Below, piece by piece: positions 54,361 to 63,692 of a stretch of DNA of 64,000 bases. The DNA is from Paracoccaceae bacterium (GTDB lineage: Bacteria > Pseudomonadota > Alphaproteobacteria > Rhodobacterales > Rhodobacteraceae). Below the pieces are notes generated by a model, which did not search any database, was not told the origin of the DNA, and worked only from the letters and a program-made list of their open reading frames with translations. The DNA lies in contig JABXIA010000057.1 of the NCBI GenBank assembly GCA_013373325.1, positions 5,896-69,895 of the forward strand, given 5' to 3'. Made by a program: the position numbers and the translations under genes. How positions within the stretch are numbered: position 1 is the first letter of the stretch; every line of letters starts with the position of its first letter.

Positions 54361-55544
54361 GTGCGCCCCCAGGTTTCCTGAATGAGCTGGCTGATTTCGT
54401 CGTTCACGGCGTTCAGGCTTTCGACCGCGCGGTCGTAGGTAGAGCGGGTGAAAGCACTGCGTTCGACCTCGTACAGAGTCTGTTTTGTCAGGCCCGCGTC
54501 CGAGATTGCGGTGGATTTCAGCATCGGCGCGTTCAGCACCTTGTCGCCGTACATGGTGCGCAGGAAGGCAACGATCCTGTTTTGCGGCGCGTCCGACGGC
54601 TCATAGCGGGTCAGCAGGTAGCGCATCCAGTCGTGGCTCATGTCGGCGCCGCTTTGCGCGATCACGTCCATCAGGTCGGCGGTCATGCGCAGGAATTGCG
54701 ACATCGACATCACGTCGAGCATCTCCGGGTGGATGGTGACCAGCACGCCGGTGGCGGCGGAGAGCGCCGACATGGTCAGGAAGCCGAGCTGCGGCGGGCA
54801 GTCGATCACCACCACATCATAGTCGGAATCGACCTGTGTCAGAGCCTCTTTCACGCGGAAGAAGAACAGTCCGGCGCTGCCCTGCGCGAGGGCGCGGGGG
54901 GTGTCGTGCTCAAACTCCATCAGTTCGAGGTTGCCGGGGATCAGGTCGAGGTTCGGGATATAGGTCTTGCGGATCACCGAGGAGATCGGCGCCGGGTCGT
55001 CATAGCGGATGGCGTCATAAAGCGTGCCGCCGTCCTTGAGGTCGAACTCCGGCTGGACGCCGTGCAGGGCGGTCAAGGACGCCTGCGGATCGAGGTCGAT
55101 CGCCAGCACCCGGTAGCCCTTGAGCGCGAGGCGCTGCGCCAGATGGGCAGAGGTGGTGGTCTTGCCGGAGCCGCCTTTGAAATTCATCACGCCGATGATC
55201 TGCATGTGATCATCTTCGCGGCGGCCGGGCAGGTAATCGCCGGGCTTGCGGGCGGTTTTCTCCAGCAGTTCGCGCAGTTCCTGGATGTCCTCGGCGGAGT
55301 ACTGGCGGCGGTTGCCGGCGGTCAGCTCGGGCGAGGGGCCCTTGCCGTCCAGATGCAGTTTACGCAGGTAGGAATCATTCACGCCCAGCAGGGCCGCGGC
55401 CTCGCCGGAGGTGAATTTGCGCATGGTCTTGGAGGCATTCGGCGGGAACAGGCTTTCGCGCTGCGCATGCAGCTGGGCCGCAATCCATTCGGAATGCTGG
55501 CGGATCACCGCATTGAGATCCTCAGGTGTGTATGTATGATCCAT
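54357..55544 (-). CDS. repA: partition ATPase RepA (ParA family)
   Basis: The deviant Walker A (VMNFKGGSGKTTTSAHLA) and LAIDLDPQASLT are present, with an N-terminal HTH-like extension. Confidence 0.92.
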   Translation of the reverse strand: MDHTYTPEDLNAVIRQHSEWIAAQLHAQRESLFPPNASKTMRKFTSGEAAALLGVNDSYLRKLHLDGKGPSPELTAGNRRQYSAEDIQELRELLEKTARKPGDYLPGRREDDHMQIIGVMNFKGGSGKTTTSAHLAQRLALKGYRVLAIDLDPQASLTALHGVQPEFDLKDGGTLYDAIRYDDPAPISSVIRKTYIPNLDLIPGNLELMEFEHDTPRALAQGSAGLFFFRVKEALTQVDSDYDVVVIDCPPQLGFLTMSALSAATGVLVTIHPEMLDVMSMSQFLRMTADLMDVIAQSGADMSHDWMRYLLTRYEPSDAPQNRIVAFLRTMYGDKVLNAPMLKSTAISDAGLTKQTLYEVERSAFTRSTYDRAVESLNAVNDEISQLIQETWGRT

Positions 55545-55718
55545 CTGCCCTTGTGCCTGCCATCTGCGCCGCTCTGCCTTTTACCCGTGTGTCTGCTGCG
55601 TGGCGTGTTCACGGAATTTGGCGTTTGCCGCCTCTTTTCCGTGACTATTGGCCAAAGAGCGGGATTCGTGCAAGCGTTTTCTAGTGTTGGCGGCTGCCGG
55701 GCGGCAGGGGGCGCGGCG

Positions 55719-56927
55719 TCAGCGGCTGGGAAACAGGCCGGGCATCCAGTCTCCGGCCAGGGTGGCCGGGAAGGTCAGCTGCAGGGGCGCGCGCTGGGTC
55801 GGCGAAGACAGGGCGCCGGCCGCCAGCAATCCGGCGGTCACCTTGCGGGCCTGGCGGTCGCTGACGCCAAGCAGGCCGTGCACGCTGCCGCGTTCCAGTT
55901 TGCCCAGTGTCAGAGCCTCGCGCATGACGGTTTCGGCGCCGGTCAGCAGGCGGCCTGCCTTGATTTCCTGCTGGCACCAGGCCTCAACCCGGGCGCGCAG
56001 GGCCTGCGGCTGCATCAGCTGCTCCATGAAGCGGACCTGATCCAGCGCGGTGTCCAGGAAGAAGGCGGCAAACTCCGCCAGCCGCTGCTCCGACAGGCTG
56101 CCGCGGCCGTCGGCGCCGCCGTGGCGGGGCTCATCCGCGGCCATCAGGCGCTGCTTGTACTCTGCCTCCTTGCGGGCGAGGCCCCGGGAGGCGGACCACA
56201 GGCCCTCGGAGTTCACGTTCTGGCGCAGCATGGCGTGGGCCACCATGCGCGACACCCGTCCGTTCAGATCCAGGAAGGGGTGCACCCAGACCAGCCGGTG
56301 ATGGGCGCAGGCGGTGGCGATGATCGCGCCGCTGCGGCCCTGGGTGCCGTACATCTTGCGCATATGGGCCAGCAGCCGCGCCACCGCGCCGGGGCTGGGG
56401 GCGACGTGTTTTCCCACCTGCACATAATCCGTGCGGAAGGCGCCGGGGATGATCCGGGTCTCCGCACCGTCGGGTCCGCGCGTGACGAGCAGGCTGGCGG
56501 GCAGGTTTTCGCAGAACCGGCGGTGGATCTCCTGCAGCACGGCGGGATCGAGCGGGTGGCCGGGCAGACCGCCCTCATCAATCCATTTCTGCACCGCAAT
56601 ATGGGCAACCGCCTCCAGCTGCAGATCGCGCTTGGCCTGATCCTGGCTGAAATCCTGGTTGAGCGCGCGTTCGATATCGACCGGGTGGGTGTTGTGGCCC
56701 TCGATCAGGTTCGAGTAGTAGCAGTTCATCGACCGCACCAGGCCGGCCAGCGGGGTGCGGACCGCCTCTGGCAGGGCGGCGCGCAGGGCTGAGGAGGCCA
56801 TCGCCAGCTCCACCGCCAGATCGTTGAGGGCAGGGCGGTGCCGGGAGGCTTCTTCGGGGATCAGCGGCTCGACGATGGTGATCGGCTCGCCATCATCCGC
56901 CATGTCGGTTGGCCTGTCCGCCGCCAT
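55719..56927 (-). CDS. Fic-family protein, class II (internal N-terminal inhibitory motif)
   Basis: The Fic core reads HPFLDLNGRVSR, which is the HxFx[DE]GNGRxxR motif with Leu at the first Gly. SNLIEG matches the inhibitory [ST]xxxE[GN] motif and lies upstream in the same chain. Confidence 0.88.
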   Translation of the reverse strand: MAADRPTDMADDGEPITIVEPLIPEEASRHRPALNDLAVELAMASSALRAALPEAVRTPLAGLVRSMNCYYSNLIEGHNTHPVDIERALNQDFSQDQAKRDLQLEAVAHIAVQKWIDEGGLPGHPLDPAVLQEIHRRFCENLPASLLVTRGPDGAETRIIPGAFRTDYVQVGKHVAPSPGAVARLLAHMRKMYGTQGRSGAIIATACAHHRLVWVHPFLDLNGRVSRMVAHAMLRQNVNSEGLWSASRGLARKEAEYKQRLMAADEPRHGGADGRGSLSEQRLAEFAAFFLDTALDQVRFMEQLMQPQALRARVEAWCQQEIKAGRLLTGAETVMREALTLGKLERGSVHGLLGVSDRQARKVTAGLLAAGALSSPTQRAPLQLTFPATLAGDWMPGLFPSR

Positions 56928-56938
56928 GCAGTTCTCCT

Positions 56939-57113
56939 GTTCCGGTTTCGGGGTGTGACGCCCGTTTGTTCCTGTTCAAGTTCCGTTTTATAGCCCGATT
57001 CCGGCCGCCGGGGAACAGGATAAAACCGCATTATTATCATTGTGTTATAAATGTTTTGCGGGTGCCATATGCTGATTCTGTTCCGCTTTGAGTTCCGGTT
57101 TCTGTTCCGGTTC
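56939..57113. repeat. GTTCCG(G/C/T)TT(T/C) decamer repeats, including arrays phased at 12 bp
   Basis: Copies start at 56939, 56980 (preceded by the degenerate GTTCCTGTTCAA at 56968), 57080, 57092 and 57104. The last three are strictly tandem 12-mers. Confidence 0.65.
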
Positions 57114-57215
57114 GCATTCGGAATAGCCCCTGCGGCGTTGGTGCAGTTGCCGGAGGGGCCAAAGTTGCGGCAGGCTGGAAACGGCGGCCGGAGGCGGCTG
57201 CGGAGGGCAAAGCGC

Positions 57216-59834
57216 ATGGCAGACCCGGTTCAGGACAGCAGTGGCGGGCGGCTCAGCGGGCTGACGCGGCAGCAGGCGGAGGCGGCGCGGCGGACCTATG
57301 GCTGGAACGAGCTGCCGCGCGGCAGGCGGACCGGGCCGCTGCATGTGTTCCTGCGCCAGTTCAGCAATTTCCTGGTGCTGATCCTGATTGCCGCGGGGAT
57401 CATCGCCTTCACGCTGGGCGAGTACACGGACGCATTGGCGATCGGGCTGGTGATCGGGCTGAACGGAATCCTTGGCTTTGTGCAGGAATGGCGGGCGGAG
57501 ACCGCGCTGGAGAGGCTGCGCAGCATGCTGTCGCCGCAGGCGCTGGCGGTGCGCGACGGGCGCGAGCAGGTGATCGAGGCGCGCGACTTGGTGCCGGGCG
57601 ATCTGATCATTCTGGAGGCGGGCGCCCGGGTGCCTGCCGACGCGCGCCTGCACGAAGCTGCCGGGCTGCGGCTGGATGAAAGCGCGCTGACCGGGGAATC
57701 GGTTCCGGTGGACAAGGCGCCCGGTACAGGCACTGCAGACGTGTTTGCCGGCACGGTGGTGGCGGCGGGCCGCGCGCTGGCGGTGGTCACGGCGACCGGC
57801 GCGCGCACCGCCTTTGGCGAGATCGCGGCGCTGACCGGGGCGGTGGGCCTGAAGAAGACCAATCTGCAGGTGCAGCTGGGCCGGCTGGCGCGGCAGCTGG
57901 GCTTTGCGGCGCTGGCGGTGGCGGCGGCGATCCTGGCGCTGGGGCTGTATATGGGGCGGGACGCGACGGAGATGTTCATGACCGGCCTGTCGCTGTCGGT
58001 GGCGATGGTGCCGGAGGGGCTGCCCGCGGTGGTCACCATCACCCTGGCGCTGGGGGCGGCGGCAATGGTGCGGCAAAGGGCGCTGGCGCGGCGTCTGCAG
58101 GCGGTGGAGACGCTGGGCGCGGCCTCAGTCATCTGCACCGACAAGACCGGCACCCTGACCGAAAACAAGATGACCGTGACCCGGGTCTGGACGCTGGACC
58201 GCAGCTATCAGGTGACCGGCACCGGCTATGACCCGGCGGGCCATATTGCCTGGAACGGCGCCGTTACCGGCGCGCGGGAGGATGCGGTGCTGGCAGAGCT
58301 GCTGGAAGCGGGGCTGACCTGCACCCATGCCAGCCTGCACCAGGTGGGCGGCCAATGGCAGATGATCGGCGCCCCGACCGAGGGCGCGCTGGTCACATTG
58401 GGCTACAAGGGCTGGGCAGCGCTGCCGCCGCCGGATGCGGTGCTGGCGGAAATCCCCTTCAGCAGCGAACGCAAGCGGATGAGTGTGCTGGTAAAGGGCG
58501 GCAGCGGCGAGAAGGTCCTGACCAAGGGCGCACCGGAGCAGGTTCTGGGCCTCTGCACGGAGGTGCTGACCCAGGACGGCCCGCGGCAGCTGGGTGCGGA
58601 GGAAGCGGCCGCCATCACCGGCGCCTATGAGGCGATGGCCGCAGAAGGGCTGCGGGTGATCGGCCTGGCGGCCGGCGCGGCGCAGGGCGGGGAGATCCGC
58701 GAGCAGGACATGACCTTTCTCGGACTGGCCGGGCTGATCGACCCGCCGCGGCCCGAAGTGCGCGACGCCATAGGTGCGGCGCGGGCGGCGGGCATCCGGG
58801 TGATCATGATCACCGGCGACAGCCCGCTGACTGCCAAGGCAATTGCCGCCCAGCTGGGCCTGCCTGCCGGAAAGACCCTGACCGGCGACGCGCTGGAGGC
58901 GCTGGAGGATGCGGAGCTGGACCGGCTGTTGCATCAGGATGTGCTGTTTGCCCGCACAAGGCCCGCCCACAAGATGCGGATCGTCTCTGCCTTGCAGGGG
59001 CAGCATCAGATCGTGGCGATGACCGGGGATGGGGTCAACGATGCGCCAGCCCTGAAGCAGGCCGATATCGGCGTCTCGATGGGGGTCCGGGGAACAGATG
59101 TGGCCAAGGATGCCTCTGACCTGGTGCTGCTGGACGACAACTTTGCCACCATCGTCCGCGCCATCGGCGAAGGGCGGCGGCAGTTTGCCAATGTGCGCAA
59201 ATTCGTGCGCTACCTCTTGTCCTCCAACGCAGGCGAGGTGATTGCGCTGCTGATCAATATCCTGATCGGCGGGCCGCTGATCTTTCTGGCGACCCAGATC
59301 CTGTGGATGAACCTGGTCACCGACGGGGTGACGGCGGTGGCGCTGGGGCTGGAGAAGGGCGAGCCGGACCAGATGGAGCATCCGCCGCGCCGGATGGACG
59401 CGCCGATTGTGGGAAAGGCCGGTCTGCTGACCATTCTGGCGCTGGGGCTTTATACCGGGCTGGCCAGCCTTTGGCTGTTCCTGCATCTCTTGGACGGCAA
59501 CGAGGATCTGGCCCGCACCGCCGCCTTTACCGCCATGGTGGTGTTTGAGAAGGCGAGCGTCTTTGCCTTCCGTTCGCTGCATCTGCCGTGCTGGCGGATC
59601 GGGTTCTTCAGCAATCCGCTGCTGCTGGCGGCGCTGGCGGTGACCATCGGGGCGCAGGTTGCGGCAGTGTACTGGCCGCCGCTGCAGGTGCTGCTGCACA
59701 CGGTGCCGCTGCAGGCGGAGCACTGGGGGCTGATCGCGCTGCTGATGCTGCCGGTCCTGCTGGTGCCGGAGGTGCTGAAAACCCTGCGCTACCTGACCGG
59801 CCGGCGGGCCACGCGGGCGGCTGCGGCGGCTTGA
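57216..59834 (+). CDS. cation-transporting P-type ATPase (type IIA, Ca2+-ATPase-like)
   Basis: The sequence contains PEGLPAVVT (TM4), ICTDKTGTLTENKM, MITGDSPLTA and MTGDGVNDAPALKQADIGVSMG. The start at 57216 gives the usual N-terminus (GLTRQQAEAARRTYGWNEL). An in-frame ATG at 57069 is possible. Confidence 0.9.
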   Translation: MADPVQDSSGGRLSGLTRQQAEAARRTYGWNELPRGRRTGPLHVFLRQFSNFLVLILIAAGIIAFTLGEYTDALAIGLVIGLNGILGFVQEWRAETALERLRSMLSPQALAVRDGREQVIEARDLVPGDLIILEAGARVPADARLHEAAGLRLDESALTGESVPVDKAPGTGTADVFAGTVVAAGRALAVVTATGARTAFGEIAALTGAVGLKKTNLQVQLGRLARQLGFAALAVAAAILALGLYMGRDATEMFMTGLSLSVAMVPEGLPAVVTITLALGAAAMVRQRALARRLQAVETLGAASVICTDKTGTLTENKMTVTRVWTLDRSYQVTGTGYDPAGHIAWNGAVTGAREDAVLAELLEAGLTCTHASLHQVGGQWQMIGAPTEGALVTLGYKGWAALPPPDAVLAEIPFSSERKRMSVLVKGGSGEKVLTKGAPEQVLGLCTEVLTQDGPRQLGAEEAAAITGAYEAMAAEGLRVIGLAAGAAQGGEIREQDMTFLGLAGLIDPPRPEVRDAIGAARAAGIRVIMITGDSPLTAKAIAAQLGLPAGKTLTGDALEALEDAELDRLLHQDVLFARTRPAHKMRIVSALQGQHQIVAMTGDGVNDAPALKQADIGVSMGVRGTDVAKDASDLVLLDDNFATIVRAIGEGRRQFANVRKFVRYLLSSNAGEVIALLINILIGGPLIFLATQILWMNLVTDGVTAVALGLEKGEPDQMEHPPRRMDAPIVGKAGLLTILALGLYTGLASLWLFLHLLDGNEDLARTAAFTAMVVFEKASVFAFRSLHLPCWRIGFFSNPLLLAALAVTIGAQVAAVYWPPLQVLLHTVPLQAEHWGLIALLMLPVLLVPEVLKTLRYLTGRRATRAAAAA

Positions 59835-59878
59835 CCTCCCTCAATGCGGGTTTTGCCGTTCCGGGCCATGTTGCGGGC

Positions 59879-60592
59879 ATGAAGGGCGATCACGGGCACA
59901 GCAAGGAAGACATCGCGCAGCGGCTTGCGGGCAGCAACGGCAGCGGGCGGCTGCGGGACGCGGTCTATGGCGGCATCGACGGTGCGGTCACCACCTTTGC
60001 GATTGCCGCAGGTGTTGAGGGCGCCGGATTTTCACAAGGTGTGATCATTGCCTTGGGCATTGCCAACGTGCTGGCGGACGGGTTTTCCATGGCGGCGGCC
60101 AATTACCTGGGCACCAAGGCGGATCTGGACGACCGGCGGCGGCTTTACAAGGTGGAGAAACGCCATATCCGCGACTACCCGGAGGGCGAGCGTGAGGAGC
60201 TGCGCCAGATCTTCCAGGAACTGGGGCTGAGCGGCGAGGTGCTGGAAGGGGCGGTGCAATCGGTCTCGGCCAAGCCGGAGAAATGGATCTCTGTGATGCT
60301 GACCAGCGAATACGGGCTGGCGCCGGCCGAGCCCAATCCGGTGACGGCGGCGCTGACAACCTTTGCCGCCTTTATGGCGGCGGGCATCGTGCCGCTCTTG
60401 CCCTTCATGCTGGGGCTGCCCGATCCGTTCCTGACGGCGGCGCTGGCCACCGGGGCGGTGTTTTTCGGCATCGGCGCCAGCAAGAGCGCCTGGTCGCTGG
60501 CACCCTGGTGGAAATCCGGGCTGGAAACGCTGGCCATCGGCTCCTGCGCGGCTGCGGTGGCTTATCTGGCGGGCAGCCTGTTCCGGGTTTGA
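59879..60592 (+). CDS. VIT1/CCC1-family iron/manganese transporter
   Basis: The sequence contains AVYGGIDGAVTTFAIAAGVEGAG and IANVLADGFSMAAANYLGTKAD, with C-terminal TM helices. The start was trimmed to the ATG at 59879. Confidence 0.85.
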   Translation: MKGDHGHSKEDIAQRLAGSNGSGRLRDAVYGGIDGAVTTFAIAAGVEGAGFSQGVIIALGIANVLADGFSMAAANYLGTKADLDDRRRLYKVEKRHIRDYPEGEREELRQIFQELGLSGEVLEGAVQSVSAKPEKWISVMLTSEYGLAPAEPNPVTAALTTFAAFMAAGIVPLLPFMLGLPDPFLTAALATGAVFFGIGASKSAWSLAPWWKSGLETLAIGSCAAAVAYLAGSLFRV

Positions 60593-60649
60593 GCCGGATC
60601 AAGGGGGGCGGGGCGGTTTGGCCCTAAGCTTATGACCGGAGGGACGCAT

Positions 60650-61795
60650 ATGTTTTCAAATGCCATCAAAATCGCCACCCTGCAGGGGTTTGACATCAGG
60701 ATTGATCCGAGCTGGGCGCTGATTGCCGCGCTGATCACCTGGAGCCTGTCGTCGCTGTACTTCCCGATGGTCTATCCCGGTGCCGGCGGCAGCGTCTATC
60801 TGATCCTGGCGCTGCTGGCGATGCTGGGTTTTTTCGGCTCGCTGATCCTGCACGAGATGTCCCATTCGGTGGTGGCCCGCCGCTTTGGGGTGGAAATCAA
60901 GGGGATCACCCTGTTTATCTTCGGCGGGGTGGCCGAGCTGGGGTCGGAGCCGAAGACCGCCGCCAGCGAGTTCTGGATTGCCATAGCCGGCCCGCTGATG
61001 AGCTTTGCGCTGGCCTTTGGCTTCTGGCTGCTCGCGCAGACCGGAGGATGGCTGGTGCCGGGGATGGCGCTGAACCCTGTGCTGGACTACCTGGCGCTGA
61101 TCAACCTGGTGCTGGCGGTGTTCAACCTGCTGCCGGCCTTTCCCTTGGATGGCGGGCGGATCTTCCGCGCCTTTCTGTGGAACCGCAGCCGCGACCTGCT
61201 GCAGGCCACGGCCACGGCCACGAGGATCAGCAGCTATTTTGCCTATGCGCTGATCCTCGTTGGCGTCATCGGGCTGTTTTCCGGCAATCCGGTTGCGTCG
61301 CTGTGGCAGGTGCTGATCGGGGTGTTTGTGCTGGCGGCGGCCAAGGGCACCTATGCCCGCCAGATGCAGGAGGCGGCATTCAAGGGCAAGACAGCGGCCG
61401 CGCTGATGACACGTGAAGTGATTTCGGTGCTGCCGGAGGTGAGCCTGCAACACCTTGCGGATCAGGTGATGCTGGCGGAGCGCAAGAGCTTTGTGCCGGT
61501 TGTGCTGGGCGATGTGCTGCTGGGCTATGCCGATACCGGCCTGCTGGCGCAGACACCGCGCGCGGACTGGACGGCAACCCATGTCGGCGACGTCTATGTT
61601 GCGGCAGATGCGGATAATACGGTCGGCCCGGAGATGCCCGCCGCGGAGCTGATGGCGAAAATCTCTGCCACCGGGCGGCGCAAGTTTCTGGTGGCGGAGG
61701 GGCGCCAGTTGCTGGGGGTTGTTACCCTGTCTGATCTGATGGGCTATCTGGCGGTGCTGCAGGAGATCCGGCTGCCGGACCGCAAGGCGGAGTAA
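60650..61795 (+). CDS. M50 (site-2 protease) family metalloprotease with C-terminal CBS pair
   Basis: The sequence contains HEMSHSVVA (HExxH), NLLPAFPLDGGR and C-terminal CBS-like repeats. The start at 60650 follows a GGAGGGA RBS; an alternative start is at 60632. Confidence 0.85.
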   Translation: MFSNAIKIATLQGFDIRIDPSWALIAALITWSLSSLYFPMVYPGAGGSVYLILALLAMLGFFGSLILHEMSHSVVARRFGVEIKGITLFIFGGVAELGSEPKTAASEFWIAIAGPLMSFALAFGFWLLAQTGGWLVPGMALNPVLDYLALINLVLAVFNLLPAFPLDGGRIFRAFLWNRSRDLLQATATATRISSYFAYALILVGVIGLFSGNPVASLWQVLIGVFVLAAAKGTYARQMQEAAFKGKTAAALMTREVISVLPEVSLQHLADQVMLAERKSFVPVVLGDVLLGYADTGLLAQTPRADWTATHVGDVYVAADADNTVGPEMPAAELMAKISATGRRKFLVAEGRQLLGVVTLSDLMGYLAVLQEIRLPDRKAE

Positions 61796-61805
61796 GGCGG
61801 CGGCG

Positions 61806-62624
61806 TCAGCGGCTTTGCTCCGGTGATTGTTCAGTCTGCCGCTGCGCGGCGCCGCCGAGAAAAGCAAACCAATAGGCCAGGGCGACCCCGCCCGCGCCGC
61901 CGGCGATGTTGCCGAGGGTGACCCAGAACAGGTTGGCGGCTGCTGCCGAAAGGGGAATGTCCGCTCCCGCTGCCCAGGCCTGGGGGAAGAAATACATGTT
62001 GGCGATCGAGTGCTCGAGCCCCAGCAACACGAAGGCGGTGATCGGCCAGAGGATGGCCAGAACCTTGCCGGCGGCAGTTCGGGCCGCGAAAGACAGCCAG
62101 ACGGCGAGGCAGACCAGGGCGTTGCACAGCGCGCCGCGCATGAAGGCCTCAAGCGGAGAGAGGGCGGCCTTGGCCTCTGCGATCCCGGCGGAGGTTGGGC
62201 CCATCGGACCGTCCAGCAACCCGGTAAGGGCAAAGGCAGCGGCCAGCCCGGCGGCGCCCGCAAGATTGCCGGCATAGACAATGCCCCAGCTGCGCAGCAG
62301 CAGGCGCAGCGGAATCTTGCGGTCCACCGCGGCGATCACCATCAGCACATTGCCGGTGAACAGCTCTGCCCCGGCGATCACCACCAGGATCAGGCCGAGC
62401 GAGAACACCGCGCCGCCCAGAACCCGGACCGGTCCTGTGACGGGGGATGCGCCGGTCAGGGTCATGGTATAGGCCGCCGCGCCGAAGCCGATGAAGGCCC
62501 CCGCCAGCATCGCCAGCACAAACATCTGCGGCAGCGGCAGCCGGGCCTTGGCGGTTCCGGCGGTCTCGACCAGCGCTGCGATTTCGGCGGGTTTGTAGGC
62601 GTCAAAGGGGGCCTGGCTGGTCAT
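61806..62624 (-). CDS. formate/nitrite transporter (FNT) family channel
   Basis: The sequence contains AELFTGNVLM, LCNALVCLAVW and GLEHSIANMYFFP. Confidence 0.88.
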   Translation of the reverse strand: MTSQAPFDAYKPAEIAALVETAGTAKARLPLPQMFVLAMLAGAFIGFGAAAYTMTLTGASPVTGPVRVLGGAVFSLGLILVVIAGAELFTGNVLMVIAAVDRKIPLRLLLRSWGIVYAGNLAGAAGLAAAFALTGLLDGPMGPTSAGIAEAKAALSPLEAFMRGALCNALVCLAVWLSFAARTAAGKVLAILWPITAFVLLGLEHSIANMYFFPQAWAAGADIPLSAAAANLFWVTLGNIAGGAGGVALAYWFAFLGGAAQRQTEQSPEQSR

Positions 62625-62666
62625 CGGTCGGCTCCTGAGATCATGGGCGCAAGGGTGCGGCGGGCG

Positions 62667-63512
62667 TCAGTGGGCGAACAGCACCGGCAGCTCTGTCTGG
62701 TCTATCATCGTGCGGGTGGTGCCGCCAAACACGGCTTCGCGCAGGCGGGAATGGCCGTAGGCCCCCATCACCACCAGCCCGGCCCGGGCTTCGCGGGCGC
62801 GCTGCAAAATGCCGTGGCCGACATCCTGGCCCTCGCTGGGGAACTGCGACACGGTCACGTTGCAGCCATGATGGCAGAGCCAGGCGGCAGCATCGGTGCC
62901 CGGATCCTCGCCGTTGCGCTGATCGGAGGTAATGGAGTCAAAGCAGCCGATCACGACTTCCTTGGCGCGGCGCAGCCAGGGCAGGGCGGCATGGGCGGCG
63001 CGGGAGGCGGCAAGGCTGCTGTCCCAGGCGAGGAAGACGCGGTTGCAGCTGGCAAAGGGCGAGCCGTTCACGATGACCGGAACCGGCGCCTGGAAGAGCA
63101 GCCCGTGCAGGGCCTCGCGGAAGACATCCTCGCGGGTTCTGAGGCCATCGGCAAACTGCGCGGTATCGCAGGTTTTGGCCCGCTGGGCGCAGAGCTGCCG
63201 GATGTCGGCGCCGGCGCAGACCGCATAATGCACATCGCCGGAGCAGGTGTTGTGGGTGAGGAGATCGTTCACTTCTGCGGCGCGGGTTTTTGCGGCCTGC
63301 TGGGCGTCCCGCAGATGATCAACCCAGTCCGCAGGCATTGCAGCCGCGCCGAACCCCGTCGCGCTGTAGGCGAAGTAGGGCCTGGCGGGCAGGCTGTCCA
63401 AGAGCAGGCAGGCGAGATAGGCGTCCTGGGCTTGCGCCGCTTCGGCGGCGGCGGTGACGGTTTCGTCGCTGGTGTCAGGGGTGAGCACGAAGAGAGAGGT
63501 TTGGCGTTGCAT
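62667..63512 (-). CDS. tandem-domain universal stress protein
   Basis: 281-aa protein with two Usp modules. The C-terminus is GLVVMGAYGHSRLREAVFGGTTRTMI. Confidence 0.85.
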   Translation of the reverse strand: MQRQTSLFVLTPDTSDETVTAAAEAAQAQDAYLACLLLDSLPARPYFAYSATGFGAAAMPADWVDHLRDAQQAAKTRAAEVNDLLTHNTCSGDVHYAVCAGADIRQLCAQRAKTCDTAQFADGLRTREDVFREALHGLLFQAPVPVIVNGSPFASCNRVFLAWDSSLAASRAAHAALPWLRRAKEVVIGCFDSITSDQRNGEDPGTDAAAWLCHHGCNVTVSQFPSEGQDVGHGILQRAREARAGLVVMGAYGHSRLREAVFGGTTRTMIDQTELPVLFAH

Positions 63513-63592
63513 GGCGGGCCTCCGGGAACGGGTTCGCGGCTGGCGGGGTGCGTGCCGCGTTCTTCAGTAGATCATCTGCGCCGGCGGGCGCC

Positions 63593-63606
63593 ATGATCCT
63601 GATCAA
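63593..63606. promoter_or_regulatory. FNR/CRP-type box ATGATCCTGATCAA between divergent usp genes
   Basis: The sequence matches TTGAT-N4-ATCAA at 9 of 10 specified positions. It is centred about 87 nt from the ATG at 63512 and about 93 nt from the ATG at 63693. Confidence 0.4.
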
Positions 63607-63692
63607 TCCGATGCCGCGGCGGCGGCGGACCTGTGTCAAGGCAGGCAGGCGGGAACCGGCGTAGACTCGGGCCGCATCAGAGGAGGACTGAA

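Noticed and set aside
54582-56792. 736-aa plus-strand ORF
   Set aside because: It is antisense to repA and fic, has no recognisable domain and is Arg/Gly/Ala-rich.
57045-59723. Minus-strand ORFs of 343 aa, 290 aa and 532 aa
   Set aside because: They are antisense to the P-type ATPase, whose DKTGT, TGDGVNDAP and PEGLPA motifs fix the coding strand.
60656-62281. 541-aa minus-strand ORF
   Set aside because: It is antisense to the M50 protease (HExxH and NxxPxxxLDG are present on the plus strand), and it runs in a non-coding frame across the FNT gene.
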